DNA of 64,000 nucleotides from Thermoanaerobaculia bacterium (GTDB lineage: Bacteria; Acidobacteriota; Thermoanaerobaculia; Multivoradales; UBA5704), in contig JBGAGQ010000013.1 in NCBI GenBank assembly GCA_044226625.1, positions 53,288 to 117,287 on the forward strand. The letters are read 5' to 3'. The notes under the pieces are model-generated. The model saw only the letters and a list, made by a program, of their open reading frames with translations. It was not told the DNA's origin and did no database searches. A program made the position numbers and the translations under genes. This document shows, piece after piece, positions 9,594 through 18,768 of the stretch; position 1 is the first letter of the stretch; each line of letters opens with the position of its first letter.

Positions 9594-11759
9594 TCACCCG
9601 CCGAGGCGGCCGAGCAACTGCAGGGCGGCTCGCCTCTGGTCGGCCCAGGCGGGGGTGGTTCCGGCGGCCTGGAGAAAGGCGCGGTAGCTCTCGGCCGCGG
9701 CGTTGCGGTCGCCCGCCATTTCGAGGGCGATCCCCCGATTGATCCACGTTTCCAAGTTCGCCGGGGCGAGCTCCCGCGCGCGGTCGAAGCAGTCGACGGC
9801 CTCTCTCGCGCGGCTCGTTTCCACCAACAAAGCGCCGAGGCCGTTCCACGGCTCGGCATATCGAGGCGCGGCGGCGATCGCCCTACGGTAGGCGCCTTCC
9901 GCCTCGGCCGTTCGGCCGAGCGACCTCGAGGCGTTGCCCAGGTTATTGAGCGCGACGGCATTGCGGGGATCGATCTCCGCCGCTCGTTCGAACTCCCGCC
10001 GGGCCTCTTCGCTTCGCCCTTCCTGGAGTAGCAGCAGGCCTAGGGTGTTGTGCGGCTCGGGTCGCTTCTCGTCGAGCGCGATCGCGCGCGTGATCGCGGC
10101 GCGTGCCTCGGAACCTCGGCCCCCCTCCTCGAGCGCCACGGCGAGGTCATACCAGACGTCGGCATCCCCGGGAGCGGCGAGCGCCGCTTGGCGAAGCACC
10201 GGAATCGCCTCGGCGCGCCGGCCGTTCTCGCGCAGCGCCTGGGCCAGGCGGCTGCGGAACGTCGCATTACTGGGATCGGCGGCGGCGAGCGCCGAAAGCC
10301 CGCGGACGGCCCTTGGCGCGTCGCCCGTGCGGAGCGCGAGCGCCGCCTGCTCGAAGCGTTGGAACAGCTCGATCCGGTCTTTGGGATCGGGCCGCCCACC
10401 TGCGCTCCCGGAAGCCTTGGCGGCCGCGTCGCTCCCGCCCGCAACGTAGCCGAGGCTCGCGAGCCGCTTCGCGGTCTCCGCGTCGGTCGCGGCGTCGGCC
10501 GCAGGCGCCGCAACCGCTCCGGCCTCGATCTCGGCCAGGCGCGCGGCGAATCCCGCGCCCGAATTCGGTCGTTGGTCCGAGAGGAGGTTTCTGGATTCGC
10601 CCGGATCGCGAGCCAGGTCATAGAGCTCCGGCCGCGGTGCCGAGATGTATTTCGCTTCCCGGCGGCGGAGCATGGAAAGCGGGCTCCAACCGAAGATCTC
10701 GGGGTAGCGGGTCTCGGCATACACCTCGGCGGCTGAAATCTCGTGACCCGCGCGGAGGGGGGCCGAGAGGTCGCGGCCGTCGAGGGCGCCGGCCGTCGCG
10801 GGGAACGGATGGCCGAGCAGGCCCGCGAGGGTCGGAGCCAGATCGCACAAGCCGACCGGCGTCGAGATCGCCCGCGGTACGAGGCCCGGTCCGCGCAGGA
10901 GGAGGGGGACCGCGAGCGTCGATTCGTAGATCAACATGCCGTGGGTCGCTTCGCCGTGCTCGCCCAATCCTTCGCCGTGATCGGCGGCCAGTGCGATCAG
11001 CGTCGCCGAGGCGAGACCTCGATGCTCGAGCCGATCGAGCAGACGGCCGACCTGGGCATCGGCATACGCGATCTCGCCGCGGTAGGGGTCCTGGGCGAAC
11101 CGCTCACGGAACGGCGAAGGCGCCGCGTAGGGAGCGTGAGGATCGTAGAGGTGGATCCAGAGGAAGAAAGGCGGAACCTCGGTCCGATCTCCTTGCGCAC
11201 CGGCCCCGAGGCCGTCGAGCCAGGCGAGGGCGCGATCCATGACCTGGCTCGCGGGGCGCTCCGCCTCGAGTGGGGCCGAGCCCGCCACGCCTCGTTCGAT
11301 CTCATCGTCGTAGGTCTCGAAACCGCGGTTCAGACCGAAACGCCGATCGAGCACGAAGGCCGCGACGAAAGCGGCCGTCTTCACACCTTGTGCGGAAAGC
11401 ACCGTCGCCAGCGTCTCGCGGTCGGAGGGGAACGTGCCGGCTCCGTTGTTACGTAGTCCGTGATGCGGCGGCAGTAGGCCGGACAACAGGCTCGAATGGG
11501 AAACCAGGGTGAGCGGCGCGTTGGCCGTCGCGGCGTCGAAACGGATGCCCTCCCGGGCCAGCCGGTCGAGCGCCGGAGTTTGGGCGCGGCGGTCGCCATA
11601 GGCGCCGACGTGGTCCCTCCGCAAGGTGTCGATCGTGACCAGGACGAGGTTCTTCGCCCGGGGCTCCGAGACCCCTGGACCGGAGCAAGCGGCCAGAGCA
11701 CCGAGAGCCGAGGCCACGGCGAGCCGAACCAGGAAGATGGAATGGCGCGGGGTTCGCAT
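9594..11759 (-). CDS. Sulfatase-like hydrolase fused to TPR repeats (lipoprotein)
   Basis: Lipobox LAAC, VTIDTLRRD, HLYDPHAPY, ADHGEGLGEHGE, ELYDL and C-terminal TPRs. Confidence 0.9.
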   Translation of the reverse strand: MRTPRHSIFLVRLAVASALGALAACSGPGVSEPRAKNLVLVTIDTLRRDHVGAYGDRRAQTPALDRLAREGIRFDAATANAPLTLVSHSSLLSGLLPPHHGLRNNGAGTFPSDRETLATVLSAQGVKTAAFVAAFVLDRRFGLNRGFETYDDEIERGVAGSAPLEAERPASQVMDRALAWLDGLGAGAQGDRTEVPPFFLWIHLYDPHAPYAAPSPFRERFAQDPYRGEIAYADAQVGRLLDRLEHRGLASATLIALAADHGEGLGEHGEATHGMLIYESTLAVPLLLRGPGLVPRAISTPVGLCDLAPTLAGLLGHPFPATAGALDGRDLSAPLRAGHEISAAEVYAETRYPEIFGWSPLSMLRRREAKYISAPRPELYDLARDPGESRNLLSDQRPNSGAGFAARLAEIEAGAVAAPAADAATDAETAKRLASLGYVAGGSDAAAKASGSAGGRPDPKDRIELFQRFEQAALALRTGDAPRAVRGLSALAAADPSNATFRSRLAQALRENGRRAEAIPVLRQAALAAPGDADVWYDLAVALEEGGRGSEARAAITRAIALDEKRPEPHNTLGLLLLQEGRSEEARREFERAAEIDPRNAVALNNLGNASRSLGRTAEAEGAYRRAIAAAPRYAEPWNGLGALLVETSRAREAVDCFDRARELAPANLETWINRGIALEMAGDRNAAAESYRAFLQAAGTTPAWADQRRAALQLLGRLGG

Positions 11760-12011
11760 GAGCGCGAGGTCAAGGATAGCGAATCCGGATTTCGAAGCGG
11801 CTCGTTTCTCTCTTCTGGCGCACTTATCCGTGGGAAGCGAGGGGCGCGGTCGAGAAGGGCGAAGGGGTCGAGACCGGAACGAGACGCTCGAGCCGGAGCC
11901 CGTAACGTCCCGGCGGGCTTCGTCGCCAGGGAAGTCATGCTGATGGTCGAAGGCGAGCGGTACGCGAGGGAAGCGGCGCTACAATACGCGCTGGTTTCGA
12001 ACGGAGGGGCG

Positions 12012-14057
12012 ATGGGCGAAAGCCCGCGGGACATCGGCTCGGTTCTCGAGGGCAAGTACGAGATCGTACGCCCCTTGGGAGCCGGCGGCATGGGCGAGGT
12101 CTACCTCGTCCGCCACCTGCACTTGCAAGAGCTGCGGGTGGTCAAGATCTTGCGCCAAGATCTCGCGACCGACCCGGTGGCGCAGGCGCGATTCCTGCGC
12201 GAGGCCCGTCTGGCGACCCAGATCAAGCATCCGAACGTCGCGATTCTCTACGACTATTCGCGCCTCTCCGACGGCAGCTTCTACATGGTCTGGGAATACA
12301 TCGAGGGGCAGGACATCGGCGACCGATTGCGCAGAGAGGGACCGTTCCCGGTGGCCGTGGCGGTCCAGCTCGGAATTCAGACGCTCCGCGGGCTCGAGGC
12401 CATCCACTCGACCGGCGTGATCCATCGCGATCTCTCGCCGGACAACCTGATGATCACCGAGGATCGCCGCGGTCAGCTGCGGGTCAAGATCATCGACCTC
12501 GGCCTGGCGCGCGACCCCGGACCCGATCCGAACCTCGAGATCACGAAGGCCGGCATGTTCATGGGCAAGCTTCAATATTGCTCCCCCGAGCAGGCCGGAC
12601 CCGGGGCGAGCGAAGCGAGCCTGGATCGAAGGAGCGACCTCTACTCGTTCTCTTTGGTGCTCTACGAGATGGTCTGCGGGCGTCCGCCGTTCGATTCGGA
12701 AAGCCCCCATGGCTTCATCTTCAAGCGCCTCTCGGAAGATCCTCTCCCGCTGTCCGGCCGCAACCCGGCCATCACCGTGCCGACGGAGCTCGACCGGGTG
12801 ATCCGTCGCGGCCTCGAGCGCGACCGCGACGAGCGCTTCCCCGACGCGGTGAGCTTCATCCTGGCGCTCGAAAAGGTCGGGCACGGCCTCAGCCCCGCGG
12901 CGACCCAGGAGATTCAGATCCCCGGCCAAATCCCGAAACTGCCTCCGGCCCCTCGCTCCCAGGCGGCGGTCGCCGTTCCGAAGCCGCGCAGCTCCTCCGA
13001 GCTGACGCGGGAAGAGCGGATGGAGCTGCTCGCCCAGATCGAAAAGGCGGCGGCGCGCGCGAGAGAGGGCGACCAGATGGTTTCGCGGGCGCGGGAGGCG
13101 ATCGCGGCCGGACGATTGGAACAGGGAGCGGAGATGGTGCAGAGGCTCGAACAGACGAATCCCCAAGCGCCGGGACTCGAGTCGGTGCGCCAGAGTCTCG
13201 CGGAAGCCGAGGCGAAGAATCAGGCCGGCGCCAACCTGCGCGAGATCGAGCGGGTGCTCGACAGCTATCTCGCGAAGCGGCAGCTCGCGTTGGCGCGGTT
13301 CGCGCTCGAAAGCCTGCTCGAGCTCGCGCCCACTTATGCGAAGAGGAGCGAGGTCGAAGCGCGGATCTCGAATCTCGCCGAGGAGATCGAGCGCGACAGC
13401 CGAATCGACGAGGTGCTCGAGCAGGGGCGCGCCGCGCTCGCCCGAGGCGACCTGCGCACGGCTCGCGGTCAGGTGGAGATCGTCTTGCGGATCGGCGGTA
13501 CGCGCGAGCGGGTTGCGTCGCTCGAGCAGGCGATCGTCGCAGCGGAGCGCGAAGACCGCGACGCGGTCGATCTCGCGGTCCGTCGGCGCCGGCTTGAGAC
13601 ACTGCTCGCGAACCGCAAGATCGCCGAGGCGGAGCGGGAGCTAGCCGATCTCGCCCGCCTCGACGTGCCGAGGGTGACGCTCGACTCTTACCGCGAACGG
13701 ATCGACGCGGCCCGGGCGACGCTCGGCAGCGAGGCGCTCGCGGCGGAGCTCGCTCGCAGGGCGGTCGACGCCGCGGCGGCGAAAGACTTCCTCTCCGCCC
13801 GCGATGCGGCCCATGAGCTGGCCCGTCTTGCCGAGGGCGCGGAGCGCGGCGCCGAGCTACTCGCCGAGATCGACCGCGCCGAGACGGCACATCGCCGGCA
13901 GGAGTCGATCGAGCAAGGGGTCCGCCAGGTCGAGGCTTTCCTAGCCCAGGGGCAGGCGAGCTCCGCCGAGCTTGCGCTCAAGATCCTGGTCCAGATGGAC
14001 CCCGACAACCGTCACCGCAAGAGGCTGGAAAAGCAGCTCAAGGCGCTCGCCTCCTGA
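12012..14057 (+). CDS. Cytoplasmic Ser/Thr protein kinase with helical C-terminal region
   Basis: LGAGGMGEVY, VVK, HRDLSPDN, DLG, YCSPEQ and SDLYS. GGAGGG RBS before ATG 12012. Confidence 0.92.
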   Translation: MGESPRDIGSVLEGKYEIVRPLGAGGMGEVYLVRHLHLQELRVVKILRQDLATDPVAQARFLREARLATQIKHPNVAILYDYSRLSDGSFYMVWEYIEGQDIGDRLRREGPFPVAVAVQLGIQTLRGLEAIHSTGVIHRDLSPDNLMITEDRRGQLRVKIIDLGLARDPGPDPNLEITKAGMFMGKLQYCSPEQAGPGASEASLDRRSDLYSFSLVLYEMVCGRPPFDSESPHGFIFKRLSEDPLPLSGRNPAITVPTELDRVIRRGLERDRDERFPDAVSFILALEKVGHGLSPAATQEIQIPGQIPKLPPAPRSQAAVAVPKPRSSSELTREERMELLAQIEKAAARAREGDQMVSRAREAIAAGRLEQGAEMVQRLEQTNPQAPGLESVRQSLAEAEAKNQAGANLREIERVLDSYLAKRQLALARFALESLLELAPTYAKRSEVEARISNLAEEIERDSRIDEVLEQGRAALARGDLRTARGQVEIVLRIGGTRERVASLEQAIVAAEREDRDAVDLAVRRRRLETLLANRKIAEAERELADLARLDVPRVTLDSYRERIDAARATLGSEALAAELARRAVDAAAAKDFLSARDAAHELARLAEGAERGAELLAEIDRAETAHRRQESIEQGVRQVEAFLAQGQASSAELALKILVQMDPDNRHRKRLEKQLKALAS

Positions 14058-14122
14058 GGCCTTCCGCCGCCCTGTCGAGATCGCCGAGGCTCCCGCGGGC
14101 CTCCTGCTAGACTCCCGCCGCC

Positions 14123-16249
14123 ATGGCGATCTCCGCTGCCCTTCCCGACCCCCCCGTGTCCTCTACGACCGATTCGACCACTCTTCCAGCCTCTCCTTCC
14201 CAGTCGACCGACTCGCGGGCGCGCTTGCTGCGCTACGCGTTCATGAAGCTCACGCGCGATTTCGACGCGCGATTCGAAAATCTGCTCAAGACCGGCCGTG
14301 TCTCAAAGTGGTATAGCGAGGTGGGCAACGAGGCGACGACGATTCCCGCCGGCCTCGCCCTCGGTCCGGGAGACGCCCTCTGCACCCTCCATCGCGACCT
14401 CGGCGCGATCTTGCCGGTTTATCTGGACCCGGCGCGGATCTTCCCCGGGCTCGGTTTCGGCGAGCCGGACGGGCGGCGGCCGGAGCCGGAGGAGGTACTC
14501 ACCCGGCTGGCGTGCCAACTGCTGGGCAAGGCGCCCGGCTTTTCGCAAGGCTTCGAACGGTCGTTCCATTACGGCTATCTCGCGCCCGAGCACGGCATTC
14601 TTCACGTCGGGATGATCAGCCATCTCGGCGCCATGATCCCGGTTGCGGCCGGTTGCGCGTTCGCGTTCAAGCAGGACGGCAGCGACCGGGTGGCGATCAA
14701 CTTCATCGGCGAGGGGGCGACCTCGACCGGCGACTTCCACGAGGGGCTGAACATCGCCGCGGTCTGGAAGCTGCCGATGGTGCTGGTGATCGAAAACAAC
14801 CGCTATGCCTTTTCCACCCCGGCCGCGCTCCAGTACGCGGCGGCGAAGCTCTCCGATCGAGGCATCGGCTACGGCATGGCGGCCGAGACGGTGGACGGTA
14901 ACGATCCCGACGCGATGGCCGCGGCGCTCGACCGTGCGGTCGCACGGGCACGGGCGGGAGAAGGGCCGACGCTCCTCGAGGCGATGCTGGGCCGCATGCG
15001 CGGACACAGCGAGGGCGACGACTCGCTCAAAGTGGTTCCCAAGGACGAGCTGGCGGCCTACGTCGCCGCCGATCCGGTCCCCGCTTATGCCCGACGCCTC
15101 GCGAACGAAGGCGTCCTGACTCCGGAGATCCGCGAGCGCCTCGAGGCGCGCGTCGCCGAGCTGGTCGAGACCGCGATCTCGCGCGCGCTCGAAGCGCCGG
15201 CCCCCGATCCGCGGACCGCGCTACGTCCGGCGCTCGCTCCGGCTCCGGTGATTTCGGAAAACGCCACCCCACCCGCCGAGCGGGAGGTCGCCTACGTCGA
15301 CGCGATCAACCAGGCACTCGGCGAGGAGATGGAGCGCGATTCGTCGGTGGTCCTGATGGGACAGGACATCGGAGCTTTCGAAGGCCCGTTCCGCACCACG
15401 AAGGGTCTTTTCGCGCGCTGGCCGAAGCGGGTCCTCGACACGCCGATCGCCGAGAGCGGCACGATCGGGATCGCGATCGGCGCCGCCCTGATGGGCTACC
15501 GGCCGGTGATCGAGATGCAGTTCGGCGACTTCGTCTCCTGTGGCTTCAACCAACTGGCGAACGTGGCGGCCAAGCTCTATTACCGTTGGCAGGTGCCTTG
15601 CCCGATCGTCGTCCGTTGCCCTTCGGGCGGCGGGGTCGGCGCCGGGCCGTTCCACTCCCAGAACCCGGAGGGTTGGTTCGCCCATACCGCGGGCTTGAAG
15701 GTGGTCTGCCCGGCGAGCGCCGCCGACGCCCGAGCGCTGCTCAAAGCGGCGATCCGGGACCCCAACCCGGTCCTGTTCTTCGAGCACAAGTTCCTCTATC
15801 GGCGCATCAAGGAGCGTCTCCCCGAAGGGGACGACGCGGCGCCGCTCGGGATCGCGAGGGTCGTCCGTCCCGGTCGCCATTTGACGCTCGTCGGTTATGG
15901 AGCGACCACTTGGACCTGCCTCGAAGCGTCCGAAGCCCTCGCCTGCGAGGGGGTCGAAGCCGAAGTGATCGACCTGCGGACCTTGATCCCTTACGACGAG
16001 GAGACGGTGCTCGCCTCGGTCCGAAAGACCGGGCGAGCGTTGATCGTCCACGAGGCTCCGATGACCCTAGGCTTCGGCGCGGAGGTGGCGGCGCGGCTCG
16101 CGGACGCCGCCTTCCCCTGGCTGGACGCGCCGATCCGGCGCCTGGCCTATCCGGACCGGCCGGTTCCCTACTCGAAGGTGTTGGAGCAGGAGCTCCTGCC
16201 GAGCGCCGAAAGAGTGAGCGCCGCGGCTCGGGAGCTGATGGCCTACTAG
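14123..16249 (+). CDS. Fused 2-oxoacid dehydrogenase E1 alpha/beta (branched-chain-like)
   Basis: TPP motif GEGATSTGDFHE...ENNRYA, DTPIAESG, EMQFGDF, GPFHSQ and EVIDLRTL. Confidence 0.92.
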   Translation: MAISAALPDPPVSSTTDSTTLPASPSQSTDSRARLLRYAFMKLTRDFDARFENLLKTGRVSKWYSEVGNEATTIPAGLALGPGDALCTLHRDLGAILPVYLDPARIFPGLGFGEPDGRRPEPEEVLTRLACQLLGKAPGFSQGFERSFHYGYLAPEHGILHVGMISHLGAMIPVAAGCAFAFKQDGSDRVAINFIGEGATSTGDFHEGLNIAAVWKLPMVLVIENNRYAFSTPAALQYAAAKLSDRGIGYGMAAETVDGNDPDAMAAALDRAVARARAGEGPTLLEAMLGRMRGHSEGDDSLKVVPKDELAAYVAADPVPAYARRLANEGVLTPEIRERLEARVAELVETAISRALEAPAPDPRTALRPALAPAPVISENATPPAEREVAYVDAINQALGEEMERDSSVVLMGQDIGAFEGPFRTTKGLFARWPKRVLDTPIAESGTIGIAIGAALMGYRPVIEMQFGDFVSCGFNQLANVAAKLYYRWQVPCPIVVRCPSGGGVGAGPFHSQNPEGWFAHTAGLKVVCPASAADARALLKAAIRDPNPVLFFEHKFLYRRIKERLPEGDDAAPLGIARVVRPGRHLTLVGYGATTWTCLEASEALACEGVEAEVIDLRTLIPYDEETVLASVRKTGRALIVHEAPMTLGFGAEVAARLADAAFPWLDAPIRRLAYPDRPVPYSKVLEQELLPSAERVSAAARELMAY

Positions 16250-16255
16250 CTTCGG

Positions 16256-16936
16256 CTACCTCTTTTCGAGCAGCTTCTCGAGCTCGGCGATGCGCTTCTC
16301 GAGCTCTTTCATGCGGGCCTCGAGCTCGGAGCTGCGGGGGCGCGCGATCGCTCTGCCGTCCCTGGGCCCATGTCCCGGCGCGAGAAGCCGATCTCGCATC
16401 GCGCCGCGGCGTTCGGGATCGAGCTCGAGCACCACGTCTCGGCCGTCGCGCCGCTTGAGGAACATCGGCGCGAGGTCGAACTCGGCCCTCTCGCGCTCGG
16501 CGATCGTGGCGGTCAAGCGCTGGACCTTGCCGCCGCGCCAGAGCTCGATCGTCGCGCCCTCACCCCCGTCCTTGTGGCGGATCTGGCGCTGGACGTCCCA
16601 GGAAGATTGGACTGCTTCGCCATCGATCTCAGTGACCACGTCGCCGGGTTGGATCCCCGCCTTGTCGGCCGGGCTGCCGGTCTCGACGTGGGAGACCATG
16701 ACCCCGGTGCCCGCCTTGACGTTGAAATGATCGAGCAGATCCGGAGTGAGCTCGATCAGGCTCACCCCGAGGAACCCCTTGCCGATCGGCCAGTTTTGAC
16801 CGTCGCCTCGAGGCCCATGGATCCTCATGACCTCGATCCTGCGTTCTTTGACGGGAGGCGCCTCCTCGGCGAAGAGCGGTGCCAGGCCCAGGGCAAGCAC
16901 TCCCACGGCGAAGGCGATGCGGACTCGATGGCTCAT
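16256..16936 (-). CDS. Secreted PDZ-domain protein
   Basis: Signal peptide, GFLGV and GSPADKAGIQPGDVV, C-terminal coiled coil. Confidence 0.88.
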   Translation of the reverse strand: MSHRVRIAFAVGVLALGLAPLFAEEAPPVKERRIEVMRIHGPRGDGQNWPIGKGFLGVSLIELTPDLLDHFNVKAGTGVMVSHVETGSPADKAGIQPGDVVTEIDGEAVQSSWDVQRQIRHKDGGEGATIELWRGGKVQRLTATIAERERAEFDLAPMFLKRRDGRDVVLELDPERRGAMRDRLLAPGHGPRDGRAIARPRSSELEARMKELEKRIAELEKLLEKR

Positions 16937-16963
16937 CTCTTTCTCCTTTGAAAAGGGAACATC

Positions 16964-17422
16964 TCAGGATCGGTTGCGGGCGGCTTGGGGAACGGAAGCT
17001 TGACCCTGCGTCTCATCGACCGAGCTCAAGTCGACGAAGTAATCGGCCTGGTCGTCGCCGCCCAGGTAGAGCACGCCCGGGTCGCGCCCGACCGGCAGCT
17101 GCCGAATCTGTTCGATCTCCGCCGCGATCGCCCGGTGCTCGCTCCGGATCTGGGCCAGGGCGCGCCGCGCGGAGTCGAGCCTCCGACGTTCGTCGAGATC
17201 GTGAGAGAGGACCGCTCCGGCGATCAGCGCCGCGAATCCCGCGGCGACCGAAGCGCCGAGGAACCAGCGCGCCGAGGAAGGCCGACGTTCGTCGAGCCTC
17301 GCGATCACCCGGCTTGCAAACCCCGGCCGCGACGTTTCGCGCGACAACGAGCGCAGCAGCTCGCCTAGGCGTCGATCGTCGAAAAGGCCGTCGGTGCCGG
17401 GCTCTCTTCGTTCGTTCGCCAT
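16964..17422 (-). CDS. Putative membrane anti-sigma factor
   Basis: Single TM helix, PGFASRVIARL motif, downstream of an ECF gene, GGAGG RBS before ATG 17422. Confidence 0.65.
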   Translation of the reverse strand: MANERREPGTDGLFDDRRLGELLRSLSRETSRPGFASRVIARLDERRPSSARWFLGASVAAGFAALIAGAVLSHDLDERRRLDSARRALAQIRSEHRAIAAEIEQIRQLPVGRDPGVLYLGGDDQADYFVDLSSVDETQGQASVPQAARNRS

Positions 17423-18000
17423 GTCATACCTCCAGACCAGTAGGGTTCGAGTCGCGCGCGCAGAGCCAGCCGGCCTCGATGGATGCGCGACTTGACGGTT
17501 CCCTCGCGGCAACCTAGGTGTCGGGCGACGTCGGAGTAGGGCCACCCCTGGATCTCATGCAGGACGAGCGGCACGCGTAGCCGGAGGGGAAGCGCGGCGA
17601 CCGCCGCGGCAACCTCGTCACGGGTTTCGTTCTCCAACATTCTTCGTGGGGCGGACGGTTCCTCGTGCTCCTCCGGCGTCCACAGGAAGGACAGCATCCT
17701 CGCCCGGCGCTCGCGCCGTTCTTCGCTACGGAGCAGGTTCGTTGCGATCCGGAAGAGATAGGCGACCAGATGTCCTTCGCCCCGATAACGATCCCGCGCG
17801 CGGAAGAGGCGTAGGAACGTCTCCTGGCCGAGATCCTCCGCCCGATCGCGCGATCCGGTGAGGCGGGCCAGATAGCCGACGACCGCATCCCCGTGACGTT
17901 CGATCAGAGCCGAAAAAGCGCCCCGGTCGTTGCCGGCCGCGAGGGCCATGAGCTCGTCGTCGCCCGGAGCGAGGTCAGGAGCGGGGAGCGGGAGGTTCAT
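17365..18000 (-). CDS. ECF RNA polymerase sigma factor
   Basis: AEDLGQETFLRL (region 2) and GTVKSRIHRGR (region 4). Start at 18000 preferred because of the promoter position. Confidence 0.92.
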   Translation of the reverse strand: MNLPLPAPDLAPGDDELMALAAGNDRGAFSALIERHGDAVVGYLARLTGSRDRAEDLGQETFLRLFRARDRYRGEGHLVAYLFRIATNLLRSEERRERRARMLSFLWTPEEHEEPSAPRRMLENETRDEVAAAVAALPLRLRVPLVLHEIQGWPYSDVARHLGCREGTVKSRIHRGRLALRARLEPYWSGGMTWRTNEESPAPTAFSTIDA

Positions 18001-18023
18001 CGATCGACCCACATCGCCATACA

Positions 18024-18049
18024 TAACGCGACGAGGGGCTTCGAGTTCC
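18024..18049 (-). promoter_or_regulatory. ECF-type promoter GGAAC-N16-CGTT upstream of the ECF operon
   Basis: Minus strand GGAACTcgaagcccctcgtcgCGTTA; ECF genes are commonly autoregulated. Confidence 0.65.
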
Positions 18050-18107
18050 CACGTTCCTATCGGATCGGGTGGAGCCGGCCGACCCGCGAGGGGGTGTGGA
18101 GGGAAAG

Positions 18108-18626
18108 TCAGCCTTCCGTCACGCGGCGCAACAGGCGGCCGGCGTCCCGCAACGCGGAGCTGCCCGTCGCCTCGAGCAGCAGCGCGAGGCTGGCCGGACT
18201 GCGGGTGAGGTAGGCCGCCACGTGGATCGCCTCTTCGAGCGGCTGGTCGAAATGCCGCAGATGCCCTTCGACCGCGCCGTCCGCCCCATGGAGAGGAAAG
18301 CCTTCCTCCGAGCCGTCGGGGTCGAGGCGGAGCAGGAGATCTCGTCCGGTCGCCGGCAGAACGGCCGCGGCGAGTAGAGCCAGCTCCCGCCGGCCAAACC
18401 GGGCGACCGGGACGCCGCCGCGCTCCGCTCCGGCCGAGGCGTGGAAGACGCCCCAGGTCTCCGTCTCGGCTCCACCGGGGCCGGACCGGAGGCGTTCGAC
18501 TCGCCAGGGCCCTGCCGCTTCGGCCTCAGCGGACCCGAGGGGCTCGTCGAAACGGTCGAGCTCGCCAAGGAAGGACTCGTCGAAGGCATTGGACGATACG
18601 CGGTGGGGGCGAAGAGGGCGGCTCAT
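18108..18626 (-). CDS. Hypothetical protein
   Basis: 172-aa ORF with coding-like composition and GGAG RBS, filling the intergenic space. Confidence 0.65.
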   Translation of the reverse strand: MSRPLRPHRVSSNAFDESFLGELDRFDEPLGSAEAEAAGPWRVERLRSGPGGAETETWGVFHASAGAERGGVPVARFGRRELALLAAAVLPATGRDLLLRLDPDGSEEGFPLHGADGAVEGHLRHFDQPLEEAIHVAAYLTRSPASLALLLEATGSSALRDAGRLLRRVTEG

Positions 18627-18768
18627 ACGTTGATCTCCGAAGGAGGGCTTTCTCAGCGATCGTAGGCGCTAACAGGGCGTAAGTCAAGCGACGAAGCGGC
18701 ATCTTTGACAGGATGCGCCCCCCGCCGCGCTTCCGCGTAGCGGCGGGCGGATCGGAGGAGCTCGAGGC

